A stretch of 64,000 nucleotides of DNA from Octopus bimaculoides (GCF_001194135.2 NC_068986.1:27559390-27623389); one strand, 5' to 3'; positions 1 to 14,207 are shown, numbered from the stretch's first letter. Translations and numbers: made by a program. Notes: generated by a model not told the origin, from the letters alone.

Positions 1-153
1 CATCATTGTTAGTTGATTCAATTGACTTAGTCTCTTCTAATCGTCTACAGAACTTCTTTCTATCTTTCTCTCCCTCTCTTCTCCCCTATATACCATATAT
101 ATATATGTGTGTGTGTGTGTGCGCGCGCACACACGTGTGTATGTACATGCGTG

Positions 154-213
<60 letters not shown>

Positions 214-548
214 AATACAAACACACATATAGACATACTTTATGTGGCAAAAACTAAAATAATGGCTGAGTGTGCAAAGTTGCATAGTTTTTTTTATTAT
301 TGTTTTGATTTCGGTTTCCCATGTATGAAATATGTATTAGACACACACACACACACATTTTTACAAAAATAAATTTTACTTATAGATATTTTTTTTTATA
401 AAATTAAGTCTACCATTCCACCTCATTTTATCTTTGCTCAGTCATGTGCAATATACATACTTACATACATAAATACATACATATGTATGTATTATATATG
501 TATTTATTCATATAATGTATTGAATATATCTATCTATCTATCTTTCTA

Positions 549-621
<73 letters not shown>

Positions 622-1019
622 AACATTAAATATTTATATGCATTATATATATATATATATATATTACATACATACATACACACACACAAATGTAGACATT
701 ATTATTGTTATTATTATTATTATCATTAATTTTATTGTTGTTGTTGCTGTTGTTGTTATAGTTATTATCATTCTCTGTAGTTTATTGCAGAGGACTATAA
801 AATATGCAGTCTTATGTGTTTAAAACTAAAATGTTGTGTGACTATTACTGCTGTGAAAAATAGCTTATCTATTTCGAAAGAAGTCAGATATATTTTCATT
901 CTTTTTGTTGTGTGTGTATGTGTGTTTTATTATTTTACTTTTGTAGTTTCACTTTTATTTATTTGTTTATTTATTTAATTATTTATATATTTATTTCCCT
1001 CAGAGAGAGAGAGAGAGAG

Positions 1020-1058
<39 letters not shown>

Positions 1059-1716
1059 CCATTTTGAGATATCAGAACGTACTTTTGTGTGTATGTATCT
1101 AGCTACATGCATATATCATATATATATGTGTGTGTGTGTGTGTGTGTATATNNNNNNNNNNNNNNNNNNNNNNNNNNNNNNNNNNNNNNNNNNNNNNNNN
1201 NNNNNNNNNNNNNNNNNNNNNNNNNNNNNNNNNNNNNNNNNNNNNNNNNNNNNNNNNNNNNNNNNNNNNNNNNNNNNNNNNNNNNNNNNNNNNNNNNNNN
1301 NNNNNNNNNNNNNNNNNNNNNNNNNNNNNNNNNNNNNNNNNNNNNNNNNNNNNNNNNNNNNNNNNNNNNNNNNNNNNNNNNNNNNNNNNNNNNNNNNNNN
1401 NNNNNNNNNNNNNNNNNNNNNNNNNNNNNNNNNNNNNNNNNNNNNNNNNNNNNNNNNNNNNNNNNNNNNNNNNNNNNNNNNNNNNNNNNNNNNNNNNNNN
1501 NNNNNNNNNNNNNNNNNNNNNNNNNNNNNNNNNNNNNNNNNNNNNNNNNNNNNNNNNNNNNNNNNNNNNNNNNNNNNNNNNNNNNNNNNNNNNNNNNNNN
1601 NNNNNNNNNNNNNNNNNNNNNNNNNNNNNNNNNNNNNNNNNNNNNNNNNNNNNNNNNNNNNNNNNNNNNNNNNNNNNNNNNNNNNNNNNNNNNNNNNNNN
1701 NNNNNNNNNNNNNNNN

Positions 1717-1780
<64 letters not shown>

Positions 1781-2192
1781 AAAATAACAACAAAAAGCAA
1801 ATATATGAAAATAAGGAATATTGAAAAAAAAATGAAAGAACAGAAAAGAAAAAATCCTCTTTGAATTCACTATAATGTGTAATTTAGTTTGATGAGATCT
1901 ATTTGTCCTTTGAATAGCCTAGCATTTTATTGTTGAAATGGTGAATATATTGCTGGATATTAATTGAGGTGTGTGTGTGTGTGTATTTATGTGTGGGTTT
2001 ATATATGTATATATATCTGCACATATACATGTATACAACTCCAATGTATATATATATATATATATACATATATACACACATATATAAATATCTATATATG
2101 CATTTATTTTCATGTGCATATATAATTTTATGTTTTCATGTGCACGTGCATGCACGCACACACATATATATATACAATGTGAGTAGGTGTGA

Positions 2193-2240
<48 letters not shown>

Positions 2241-3114
2241 NNNNNNNNNNNNNNNNNNNNNNNNNNNNNNNNNNNNNNNNNNNNNNNNNNNNNNNNNNNN
2301 NNNNNNNNNNNNNNNNNNNNNNNNNNNNNNNNNNNNNNNNNNNNNNNNNNNNNNNNNNNNNNNNNNNNNNNNNNNNNNNNNNNNNNNNNNNNNNNNNNNN
2401 NNNNNNNNNNNNNNNNNNNNNNNNNNNNNNNNNNNNNNNNNNNNNNNNNNNNNNNNNNNNNNNNNNNNNNNNNNNNNNNNNNNNNNNNNNNNNNNNNNNN
2501 NNNNNNNNNNNNNNNNNNNNNNNNNNNNNNNNNNNNNNNNNNNNNNNNNNNNNNNNNNNNNNNNNNNNNNNNNNNNNNNNNNNNNNNNNNNNNNNNNNNN
2601 NNNNNNNNNNNNNNNNNNNNNNNNNNNNNNNNNNNNNNNNNNNNNNNNNNNNNNNNNNNNNNNNNNNNNNNNNNNNNNNNNNNNNNNNNNNNNNNNNNNN
2701 NNNNNNNNNNNNNNNNNNNNNNNNNNNNNNNNNNNNNNNNNNNNNNNNNNNNNNNNNNNNNNNNNNNNNNNNNNNNNNNNNNNNNNNNNNNNNNNNNNNN
2801 NNNNNNNNNNNNNNNNNNNNNNNNNNNNNNNNNNNNNNNNNNNNNNNNNNNNNNNNNNNNNNNNNNNNNNNNNNNNNNNNNNNNNNNNNNNNNNNNNNNN
2901 NNNNNNNNNNNNNNNNNNNNNNNNNNNNNNNNNNNNNNNNNNNNNNNNNNNNNNNNNNNNNNNNNNNNNNNNNNNNNNNNNNNNNNNNNNNNNNNNNNNN
3001 NNNNNNNNNNNNNNNNNNNNNNNNNNNNNNNNNNNNNNNNNNNNNNNNNNNNNNNNNNNNNNNNNNNNNNNNNNNNNNNNNNNNNNNNNNNNNNNNNNNN
3101 NNNNNNNNNNNNNN

Positions 3115-3147
<33 letters not shown>

Positions 3148-3156
3148 GGGTACACC

Positions 3157-3526
3157 TTCTACAGCTGCATGCCCTTCCTGTTGCTAACTTTCACTTTTTC
3201 CCCCAGTAAGGCAACATTTTTTCCCATTCCCAAACGTGTTTTATTCATGGAAAGTCTGGAAAGGACCAACCGCGCTTGTATAACAATGATGCTCATTTAA
3301 AACCAACACATTGTGTCTGGACAAGGGTACAAACAATGATTCTCTCTCTCTCATACACAAACAGGCATAAAGTAGATATCTGTTTTTATTTTCTGTCTAC
3401 TAAGTCCACTCACAAAGGCTTGGTCACCCCAGGGTTATACTAGAAGACACCTGCCTGAGATGCTGCACAATGGGACTGAACCCAAGACAACATGGTTGAG
3501 AAGCAAGCTTTTTAACTACAGTCATG
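3157..3526 (-). mobile_element. Composite SINE: family-B tRNA-like head joined to A2 body and A-type tail
   Basis: 3386-3526 is the reverse complement of the B head seen at 30195 and 39574. 3157-3330 matches the A2 body and tail (acagctgcatgcccttcctgttgc) also seen at 5641, 31620 and 63330. Confidence 0.65.
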
Positions 3527-3560
<34 letters not shown>

Positions 3561-5640
3561 TGTATTATGCATGCATGCACACACACGTGTGTGTATGACG
3601 ATATGCATACACAGACAAATATGTCATAGGTTTCTTTGTTTCCATCTACCAGACTTTCATTGGCCCAGTGCTACAGTAAAAGACAACATAGTTGGGAAGC
3701 AATCATTTTAACCACACACCTATACCTAGACTTTGATGATGACGATGACGACAATTATATGTGTGTGTGTACACATACACACACACACATCTATATATAT
3801 CTTGTAAATTTATAAGAACGTACACATTTAATTCTTTTGAATTTCTTCTTGTCACTATGTCAAATTTATTTGATTCAATATATATTTGTACTCATCCTTC
3901 CTACATCAATTCCCTCGGAATCAAATGCATATCACTGTCTCATTTGCTTTATGATAATCATATGCATACATGTTTCATTGTTTCTGTCAACTGTAATGAG
4001 TTTATTTTCTCTATTACTCCCAGACGATTATAAATTCAAGTCTTCAACACAGACATATGTTTCTTCTCTCTTAACCTCGTTCAAAAATTCCACGATAGGA
4101 AAAACTTCACTGCCTTGTATATATGTGTTATGTGTATGCATGTAAGTGTATGTGTGTGCGCCTATGTATTACATTATTTCTCTTGCTTTTGATTCCAGAT
4201 ATAAACTTCACAAAATCTTCTGCTTTCTTGATGGGGTTATGATTGAAGTGTTTATAGAAGGAGTCAGTATATTCAGATTATTGTGTTTCTGTTCTAAGTG
4301 AAGTACATATTTCTGATTCTTGTTATCTTTACACAGAGATGACAATATCTGAGTATCAACTGCAGCTTTTAGAGATTTTTCTGCAGTTCAGTTGTTATAA
4401 GGTAAAGGAATCGAATTCTCCTGTTTACACATTACGTTTCTTGGCAGATTTTTATACACATACAAAGCTGTTTTTACCTCTATGTATGTGTGTGTGTGTG
4501 TGTGTGTGTAAACAGATCCACATAAACACACACACACACACACTTTGCATATACATATGGTGTCTTGTGCTGAAAAAAAATCCTTTCTTTTAAATTTGAT
4601 GACCATTTGAAACTAAGTATGTAAAAGGGTATCAAAATCTTGTGCATGAGTTTAGATTTGTAACACTAGTCACCTTATGGTAATGCATAGCCTCCTGCTC
4701 CTCCTCCTCCTCCCCTATACCATCATGATCACCATGACTATGATTATGTCTGTTTCCTTACTGTCGTTTATTTGTTGGATGGGTCTGCATATCTATCACT
4801 ACTTGTCTCAGCCTCTCAGGATCCTTTAAGCTTGTCTCTGTAATCTTTCCCAGCTCCCACTAAGCAACCAGCCTAGGATTTACTCTGTCTGTCTCTCTGT
4901 CTGTCTCTGTCTGTCTCTCTGTCTGTCTCTCTGTCTGTCTCTGTCTGCCTCTGTCTGTCTCTGTCTGTCTCTCTCTCCAGTGACTGATGAACAAGAATAA
5001 ATAAATACAGCTTCGTTAGCCATATTCTCATTCAATATGGCCATATCCCATAATGGCTATTGTGGTATCATCACTAACAGCAACTTTTGGTTTATTAGAC
5101 AGAATGTATGAAGAAATTCATATTATTTGGACAACATAAAGACTAGGATGATATTAACTATCACCTGTACCTTCTACATTGAAGGCCATACTGATAGAGC
5201 CTATGATTCAAGGTCAATATTAATGACCTTTATATGCTGTATCATATAACTGAGACAACATTTTAGCTAGAACTCAGATAACAACATTGGTGAAGATTTG
5301 AACTTAAGAAAATCTTGCATATTTTCACTCTTCTGCTGAAAGAATGTATTTACAAACAGTGTTTCAGTAATTTTCTTTGCCTAAAAAACCCAGCTTTCAA
5401 AAGATGGTTGATTAGATGTCTAAGTAAGACAGCTGAATGGTCCAGTAATTAATTATAGGTATAAGTATGAATTTTTAATGTGGGTAGAGAATCTAATGCT
5501 ATCACCTGTGCTTACATGCTTTCAATTGAATCTACTTTGTTGCACTCATTCGGGCCAAATGTCCAGGTAATGTCCTTCCAGCTACCTCTGGCCGTTTGGA
5601 AGGTATAATATAAAATTGCATATATGTCTTTTGTATGACG

Positions 5641-5934
5641 TCATCATAATTTAATGTCTGCTTTTCCATACTAACATGAATTAAACAGAGTTTGTTAAGG
5701 TGTAATTTGTATGGCTGGATAGCTGTCCTGTTGGCAACCCTCACCTGTTTCCAGGCAAGGTATTATTAATCCATAGCTAGATATACTTTTCATGGAAGAC
5801 TGGAAATGAACTACATAACTTGTATGATGGTGATGCTTGTTCATAGTCATCATGTGATGCTAAAACAAAGGCACAAGCATATATACACATGCACATATAT
5901 ATATACAATAGACTTCTTCCAGTTTCCTGTCCAC
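5641..5934 (-). mobile_element. A2-type element (end of B head + microsatellite linker + A2 body + A tail)
   Basis: Tail tcatcataatttaatgtctgcttttccat, body ggcaaccctcacctgtttccaggcaagg, and the B-head end gacttcttccagtttcctgtccac. Confidence 0.6.
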
Positions 5935-6468
5935 TAGAGATAGCAATAATTCATTCGAGCTCGCAATATATAGAAAAATAAGTGACAATCAGTTGCTGAT
6001 CTTGCAACAAGTAGCTAGTTAGTACGAGCGACTTTGCAGATTGTATTGATAACCAGCTAGAGGAGGCATCCTCTCGGGATTAAAAATGGTAGTAATGTTG
6101 ATTCATACAGAACAGCCATGTTGAAGTGGTGACAAACATTACTTTGATAGGCGGATGTTAAACGATGACGATGATGACACAGTAATACCACACATTACAA
6201 GGACCAGCTTTATGAGACCTTGGGTTTATGAGCTTCTACGAGTTTATATTTTCTGTTTACAAGTGTTCTCCGGGAATGAATTAATTTGTATATTGAGGCA
6301 TTGCTGTATATATGAAACATATAAGTAATGCATAGTCTCCAACTCATCTATGATGGCAGTGTTGCCTAATACGAATCTGACTTAGATAGTGTTGATCTGT
6401 CTAACCCATGCTGACATAGAAAGCAGATGTAGAATGATGATGATGGTTATACATTTAAACATATAGAT

Positions 6469-6641
6469 CACTACACTCTCGGAGTGGTTGGCGTTAGAAA
6501 GGGCATCCAGCTGTAGAAACTCTGCCAAATCAGATTGGAGCCTGGTGTAGCCATCTGGTTCACCAGTCTTCAGTCAAATCGTCCAATCCATGCTAGCATG
6601 GAAAGCGGACGTTAAACGACGACGATGATGATGATGATGAT
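6469..6641 (+). mobile_element. Family A 3' tail module (RTE-like tail), 5'-truncated, young
   Basis: cactacactctcggagtggttggcgttagaaagggcatccagctgtagaaactctgcc...ggacgttaaacgac(gat)n, near-identical to copies at 11264, 16260, 30665 and 37919. Confidence 0.85.
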
Positions 6642-7058
6642 ACTTGTCTATAAACATTTTCATGTGTATATACACACAGAGAATTGTGAACAGAGAAATA
6701 GTGGAATGGGGGAACAGTAAAAAAAAAAAAAGGAATAAAGAAATGACAAGCAAGAAGAAACTATAAGAGCAGAAAGATAAGTTGTGGGGACAGGCTATAG
6801 ATACTGAATATATAAACTGTTCCAAAGTGGCATGCTTAGTATATTAATATACATATAAACATGTTGAGACTAAAATACGAATGTAACACATATGCACAAA
6901 CATAGTGTGTTTACATGTGTGTGAATGGTAGACATGTTTATGTTTCATGTGTGAATGTAGGCATGCTTATGTTTTATACAGAATGTAGTGTCAATATTGA
7001 CACCCAAGAATAAATATATTTACGCATGCATATGTATAGATTGTATATTTATTTATAT

Positions 7059-7112
<54 letters not shown>

Positions 7113-7641
7113 GTACATGCACATACACTGACAAACAGGATTTTTTTCTTAGAAAGTGAGCATGGAAAAATGTTTGGACATGCTGAGACATGCATACATA
7201 CAAAAATATGAGTAGACATACACACAAAGTGAAATACATACATAACAAATGCACGTGTTTATTTGCATTACAAATATGTATACACACTTGCATGCACATG
7301 ACCACAAATATACGCAAAGAAAAAAAATTTATAAATTACATATGTGCTTATATGCATATCAAACCCATGCCTACATGAAAAAACACACTGGTGATATATG
7401 TTTACTAGTGTGAGAAAGAGAGAAAAGCTGAGTGACAGATAGTAATAGCTAGTGACTAGGGTGCAAAGATTTGATGGTTGGGTTGTATTGCAGGCTAACA
7501 AATCAGATGTTAGCCCTCATAGGCAGGGATCTTGATGGGAGAGAGAGAGAAAGAGATGAAGTGGTATGTTTTGTAGCTGTGGAAAGGATTGAATACAGAC
7601 AAGTTCAGGGCCATATTTTGTTATATGGGTATCATGGTGCC

Positions 7642-8187
7642 GTGGAGGCGCAATGGCCCAGTGGTTAGGGCAGCGGACTCGCGGTCATAGGATCGCGGTT
7701 TCGATTCCCAGACCAGGCGTTGTGAGTGTTTATTGAGCGAAAACACCTAAAAGCTCCATGAGGCTCCGGCAGTGGGTGGTGGCAAACCCTGCTGTACTCT
7801 TCCACCACAACTTTCTCTCACTCTTACTTCCTGTTTCTGTTGTGCCTGTAATTCAAAGGGTCAGCCTTGTCACACTGTGTCACGCTGAATATCCCCGAGA
7901 ACTACGNNNNNNNNNNATGAGGCTCCGGCAGTGGGTGGTGGCAAACCCTGCTGTACTCTTCCACCACAACTTTCTCTCACTCTTACTTCCTGTTTCTGTT
8001 GTGCCTGTAATTCAAAGGGTCAGCCTTGTCACACTGTGTCACGCTGAATATCCCCGAGAACTACGTTAAGGGTACATGTGTCTGTGGAGTGCTCAGCCAC
8101 TTGCACGTTAATTTCACGAGCAGGCTGTTCCATTGATCGGATCGACTGGAACCCTCGACGTTGTAAGCGACGGAGTGCCAACAAAAA
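7642..8187 (+). mobile_element. Family C tRNA-derived SINE, full length, young
   Basis: Pol III A-box TGGCCCAGTGG (7654-7664) and B-box-like GGTTTCGATTCC (7697-7708), A-rich end, perfect 11-bp TSD atcatggtgcc (7631-7641 and 8188-8198), CpG-rich. Internal 149-bp duplication across a 10-N gap. Confidence 0.9.
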
Positions 8188-10520
8188 ATCATGGTGCCAT
8201 GACTCAGAGAGAGGGATGAGTGTCAGAGAATGAAAGGACCAGCTAAATTCAATGGCATCTTTAGTTGCTCAAGCATCATGGTATAGTGTACTGGTGAGAT
8301 ATTGGTATCCTTAGTTACTTGTGAATATGAAGGAGAAGGTGAGTGAAAAGAGTATTGTTGATACAGAGACGACAGGCGACTATCAAAGAATGATGGGGAG
8401 GGGAGCAGATGGAAGTCTAAGAGGAATATTTTTGGTGAGAGACCAAAATGTGTCCATGTTAAATCTCCCATGGTCTGCTCTGTCTCTCTTTCACTCTGTA
8501 TTTGTGTGGGTGTGTATGAATATATGTGTATACAAAACGTGTGTATACATATGTGTATGTATGTGTGTGTGTGTGTGTGTGTGTGTGAAATATGTCTATA
8601 CATACATACATACATACAGATAATAGACATTGATGTAGTTCACATAGCACATAATTCATTCAAAAGCAAAACATTTATCATGAAAATACTCGATTAAAAT
8701 AAAAATGAAAATCATTTGTTAAAGCTATGACAACATCTATGTGAAGAATGGAACAAAAATTGAAGTTTCTTGAATTTACAATCCAGAATAGATATTTGTG
8801 TATATATATTACTTTTAATCCACCCACCCACATACATACATGTATGCATGTGTATATGTATGTGTACACATTTGTATGTATGTATACCTATATATTTAGA
8901 AGATTGCGTACTTTATATATTTAATCTTATCATGTGGTCGTTTAATCATCCAAAAGGAAATTTTTATATAATTTAAATATTTATACATCTTTTTTTGTTT
9001 GTAATTTTGTCTTGTTTATATATATATTGTTCCTTTGTGTAGGTTACATGTTTTCTCTGATGCTTATAATTCTTTACAAATATTGGAATATTATGAAGCT
9101 TAATCCAAAATATTCTATTTTTCATTCATAAGTTTTGATCTGGAAGACTTAAATTGTTACCAGTTGGGAAAATATTTACTGCTATATAGATGTCTCACTT
9201 CAACTGAATCTAAAGGCATATTTATTATTTTGAATACATCTTTGTCTATACTCATTGGTATGAGAATAGTTGGTGGCTGGAGAAATATTTTTAAATTAAC
9301 AGAATAGCTTCATTTTTTTAAATATTTGCAAAGGTTGTGTGTGTGTGTGTGTGTGCGTGTGCGCGCACATGCATCAAGAGTTTTCTAAGAACATTAAAAT
9401 ATATATATATTTGACATTTATTTCTTACTTATCTCTTAGACAATGAGGTAAATAAGAGCATATTTTTTCTTCTTTGGAATAAACAATAATGGAAATGGTA
9501 AAAGATGAACTTCTACTTGATTTGAAAATAAAATGATAATAGAATTGTCACTTTTATTTATTTATTTACTTATTTACAGACATGTCTTCTTGAAAGCATG
9601 CTTTTTTAGATTATAATTTGTTTAGATTTAGAAAAGATAGTTTTATTTTTTTGGCTCATTTTAAATGTCTGTCTGCCTGTGTGTGCATGTTTGTGTGTGT
9701 GTGTGTGTGTGTACACATATATAAATATTATATATTATAATTATATTTATATCAAATTGAAATCGGTTACAACATATTGAAGGAAATACATGCACAGATG
9801 CTCTTTTTGTTGTATAATTCCCTTCTCATAGTTTTGGTGAATCGCATGTATTGTATATATCACATAGCAAGATGGATGAGGTATAATTGAAATTGTGTGT
9901 ATGTGTGTACGTGTGCACACCGCATTTTTTTTCTAATAAGTTTTTTTTTTGCATTTTCTCATATTAGGTTAAAGATTAAAATGATATAATATAATTATGA
10001 CACTACTACGCATAGACATACCGCCCTTCTTTAATTGATGCAATAATACGAAAATACAGTTCTGTGCAAATAATAATGATAATGATAATAGTATAAATCA
10101 GCCAATCTTGGCATATGTTTGTTTATGTAATGATATTTTTTGAAAATTGTAAATTTTTCTAGAAATTTTAGTTTTCAATGTAGAAAGATGAGTTTCTTAT
10201 TTGTGTGTGTGTGTGTTTTGATGATAGCTGAAGTAGATTTTTGACTTAAGAATCCATTTTACCTGTATCTAAAACAAATATAGGTATACCAAATACCATA
10301 CAAAATAAATTCTTGATTTATTAAAGTTATCTCCATCTCTGGAAGGTGTATGATAATCAACAAATGGCATATAACAAGGGGAGACAGACAAATAAGCTTT
10401 TGCTTTCCGTTAATGATATGTCAGTTTTGAAAAATTCTGAATTCTTGAGGTTATCTCCCTTCCTCAAGTAAAGCAGGTCTTAATAGTCATGTCGTAATCA
10501 TGACACATTAGCTAAGGCAT

Positions 10521-10788
10521 CCACCACACTCTTGAAGTGGTTGGAGTTAGGAAAGGCATCCAGCCATAGAAGCCAAGCCAAATCAGACTGGAGCCTAGTA
10601 CAGTTCAAAGGCTTACCATGATGCTAGTGTGTTTACATCCCTGTAACTTAGCAGTTTGGCAAAAGAGATCGATAAAATAAATACTAGGCTTACAAAGAAT
10701 AAGTCCTGGGGTCAATTGGCTCGACTAAATGCGGTGCTCCAGCATGGCCGCAGTCAAATGACTGAAACAAGTAAAAGAATAAAAGAAT
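10521..10788 (+). mobile_element. A-tail fragment abutting the 3' half of a family B SINE
   Basis: 10521-10600 is a degenerate A tail. 10620-10788 is a B tail ending gactgaaacaagtaaaagaataaaagaat. Confidence 0.7.
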
Positions 10789-11263
10789 TAGACTAATCAC
10801 TGTGTTCAAGACAGTAGCTACCATTCTGTTATGGAAAGGACTAGAAACTCTTCTAATTTCATCTGGTAAGTCAAGTCTTGAGAGCCCTGTTCAAAGTGGA
10901 ACTGAATTAGGCTTCAGCCAAATTCTTTGTTGAGGAGACTGGATATCATATCCTTATCACATTAAGTATTGATATGATCAAGAGTGACAGAAGCAAGAGT
11001 GTTACCACTAACTGATAGAAGAGAAATACCTTTGTGGGTTTTTTGTAATATGGCCTATTACTCTTACTCTCACACAGGTGAGCCATCTTTAATTGGAGCT
11101 TTGGTAAAACTGGTGCAGAACAGTTTCGGTTGACTATCAAACTGTATGACTGTGAGACAGCGGTATAAACCAAAGGTGACCAGACTGGGGGCTGTGAGCT
11201 ATATGTGACTTGTTAAGTTACTATGTGCAGCATCCAAGAAAATAATATTGGGTTCCACTGATA

Positions 11264-11430
11264 GTCATCATCATCGTTTAACGTCTGCTTTCCATGCTAG
11301 CATGGGTTGGACGATTTGACTGAGGACTGGTGAACCAGATGGCTGCACCAGGCTCCAATCTGATCTGGCAGAGTTTCTACAGCTGGATGCCCTTCCTAAC
11401 GCCAACCACTCCGAGAGTGTAGTGGGTGCT
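11264..11430 (-). mobile_element. Family A tail module, young
   Basis: Reverse complement of the 6469-6641 sequence, with a (cat)n end. Confidence 0.85.
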
Positions 11431-12283
11431 TGTATTTTTCTGAAAACACTGTGGCTTAGAGATGCAGAAACAAAGGAAACTTCTAAATGTATACTATCTG
11501 TCTGTCTGTCCGTCCGTCCGTCGATCCGTCCGTCCGTCCGTCCGTCCGTCCATCTGTCCGTCCGTCTCTCTCTCTCTCTCTCTCTTTCAGTATGTCTGCA
11601 TGTGTACCTGTATATTTTCTGTTTTGTAATTAAAAAGGAAGTGTGTGTGTGTGTGTGTGTGTGTCCGTGTCTCTTTTTATGTTTGCACCAGTCTAAAATC
11701 TGGTGTTGTTTATGTTTGTGTATTATTGATAAAATAAATATACCAGACTGAAATATCTACTAGAATCGATATGATCAAAAGCTTTGAAGATAGTGTCCTA
11801 GCATGGCCACCACAAGTCAGACACTTAATGAATGCATGCATATTCTTGCAACAAGAGTGAAAAACCATGTAGACTACAAATCCAACAAATTGTGTTTCTG
11901 TTACATTAGAGAGGACTCACAGAAGCTTCTTTTAACCTTTGAGTTTCATATATACACATGTAAATCTCATATTCACATGCCTGTATATACAATGAACCTG
12001 ATCAAAGCAATATAATGTTTATAAGTCTGAATACATGGAGATATCAAAACCACATTGTGAGTTTACAAGTGTTCAGAAAAAGCTGTGAAGCCATATATGT
12101 GTGTGTATATATACTTATATATTTGTTTGTTTGTGTGTGTGTTTCATTGAAGTATACAATGGTATTACATAATAGCATTCTCAGTAAAATAAAGGAACTA
12201 ATGAGGAGAAAAAGATAATGAGAAAAATTAACAAAAACAAAGGCAAGTAAAATGCACCGAAGTGAGGAGTTTGTTGCTTAGCC

Positions 12284-12581
12284 CAGGGGTTTTCAAACTG
12301 TGGTCCGCGGACCACAGGGGGTCCGCAAGAACAAGACGGGGATCTGTAGACAGCAAATACTTTTTATGGGCAATTTGATTTTATATATGTTTTTTAATCG
12401 AAATCTTTTAATTGGCAATAAACCTATTTGTTAAATACTGTTAGATAAATAAACGTAAAAATATGTTATTTTAAGCAAATATTTATGTATAAATTTCATA
12501 AGCGTTTATAAGGGGGTCGGTCCCTAAGGTAAAGCCTGAAATATAAAGGGGTCCACAAGTCAAAAAGTTTGAAAACCCCTG
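12284..12581. mobile_element. hAT (Charlie-like) MITE
   Basis: Perfect 16-bp TIRs caggggttttcaaact / agtttgaaaacccctg, 8-bp TSD gcttagcc / ctttagcc (6/8 match), subterminal ggggtccgc-type motifs. Confidence 0.85.
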
Positions 12582-12698
12582 CTTTAGCCTCATCATCCCT
12601 GATTAATCAGTGCTATGATGTAAAGCATTCCAGATATGACCAACATGCCTTTTATTTTTATTAGCGTTAGATTATCTGATATGAACTTTCTTTTCTAA

Positions 12699-13274
12699 GC
12701 TTTTGTTACCATATTGCCTTGCATCATCATCATCATCGTGGTTTATGTCCGCTTTCCATGCTAGCATGGGTTGGATGATTTGACTGAGGACTGGTGAAAC
12801 CCGATGGCTACACCAGACTCCAATCTGATTTGGCAGAGTTTCTACAGCTGGATGCCCTTCCTAACGCCAACCACTCTGAGAGTGTAGCTTTTACGTGCCA
12901 CCGGCACGAGGGCCAGTCAGGCGGTACTGGTAACAGCCACGCTCAAAATGGTGTATTTTACGTGCCACTTGCGCAGGAGCCAGTTCGGCGGCACTGGCAA
13001 TGATCTCGCTCGAATGTCTTTACACATGCCATCCGGCACAAGTGCGAGGAAGGCGATGCTGGGCACAGGTGCCATGACGATTTTGCCATTATTTCAATTA
13101 ATTTTGAAAATGATGGAGAGTTTAGTAAAATAACCTCGTATTTATTAAGCTGGCATTTGGAATATAAATTAACATGAAATTTTGATGGAAAATTTTAATT
13201 TAGACCACTTTGAAATAGGAACATTGTATCATTGAACCAGAGAGCAGTCTGAGGTGGGTTGATATCAAAATGGG
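12699..13274. mobile_element. piggyBac-like MITE (family I) interrupted by a family A element
   Basis: Left end (ctaa)gcttttgttacca, right end gatatcaaaatggg(ttaa). The body matches copies at 32026, 60712, 61285 and 5230-5410 (-). TTAA target and GGG terminus are typical of piggyBac. Confidence 0.6.
12722..13078 (-). mobile_element. Family A1 element (tandem monomers + A tail)
   Basis: (cat)n end, A tail, and repeated ttttacgtgccac monomers. Confidence 0.85.
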
Positions 13275-13776
13275 TTAAGACAGCAGAGTGTGATCTGAAG
13301 ATTTGGTTGCTATTTCTAGCTGTTTGAGTGTCTATATTAGAGGCTCTCTTAGGAAACTAGTCATTGCGGAAGAAATAAGAGAAGCAATTCCTGGTGATTG
13401 TTGGACACCTGCAGGTAGATTACTGTTGGTGACCTGCCTGATCTGCTGTCACTAATTCACAAGAATTTTGTCATTTAGTCGTATTGGTGTGTGTGTGTGT
13501 GTGTGTGTGTACGTGCATTGTAGGTGAATAGATAAGGGAAGAATTGGAGGAGAGAGCGTTAAGGATATAGAAATGTAGTCAAAAGGTTACCAAGTAATAA
13601 TGAAAACAGTTATAAGTTTCTTTGGAAAATAGGAGTTACATAATCAGACAATGCAGGTGTGCAATCAGGAACATCTAGAAAATTGTCATCTTTTTTGTTG
13701 TTTTTTAAAATTTTACTTTTGTATTAGTCAGCAGATGTACTGTTGGAACTTTAGGCAATTTGCACCCACACACGTG

Positions 13777-13820
<44 letters not shown>

Positions 13821-14172
13821 GTAAGCATTAGACAGATAATCAAAGAGACTGACATTGCTATATGTCAATGGTAAATAATCATATAATAATAATAATAATA
13901 ATAATAATATTAATAATGAAAATGGTGTTAATAACGAAGATTGATGTATTACAGAGAAAGAAGTGTCAGTTGTGGGTATTTCCCCCCCCCCTTTTTTTAT
14001 TGTATTATTATTATTATTATTATTATTGTTGTTGTTGTTGTTGTTGTTTTCCTTGTCTGTTTCTTTCACCTATATTGAAAGACAGTTAAGCCCTGTTGCC
14101 TGCTGGAACCAAATTGAAGTACAGCTCAAGAAATCAATTTGTGTTTTTAGTCAGCCTGTGCGCACACACACG

Positions 14173-14207
<35 letters not shown>

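Larger units (their letters stand above)
12272..13350 (+). repeat. Family G repeat split by two insertions
   Basis: G 5' part (ttagcc...ccctgattaatcag...aaagcattccagatatgacc) at 12272-12283 and 12582-12695. G 3' part (gagtgtgatctgaagatttggttgctatttctagc...agaggctc) at 13279-13350. Compared with the uninterrupted G copy at 19855-20055. Confidence 0.6.

Noticed and set aside
4052-4063. GAAACATATGTC on the minus strand (hammerhead helix III-like)
   Set aside because: There is no CUGANGA or helix II upstream. ACATATGT is common in this CA/TA-rich DNA (similar at 37265).
4024-4401. Two AG...GT exon-like segments (4024-4141 and 4337-4401)
   Set aside because: Splicing them in the open frame of the first segment gives a stop within a few codons, and neither peptide is recognisable. 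A non-coding exon cannot be excluded without RNA data.
7642-7720. Possible tRNA gene (A/B boxes, Arg-like loop)
   Set aside because: It continues into a SINE body with a TSD and has related copies at 53555 and 56227, and I could not form a convincing acceptor stem. It is a SINE head.
7758-8069. 103-aa ORF with an internal repeat (MRLRQWVVANPAVLF...)
   Set aside because: It lies inside a family C SINE, and the repeat is an assembly duplication.
13353-13414. Exon-like segment encoding KLVIAEEIREAIPGDCWTPA
   Set aside because: The acceptor lies in a decayed repeat tail, the polypyrimidine tract is weak, and there is no partner exon or recognisable homology.
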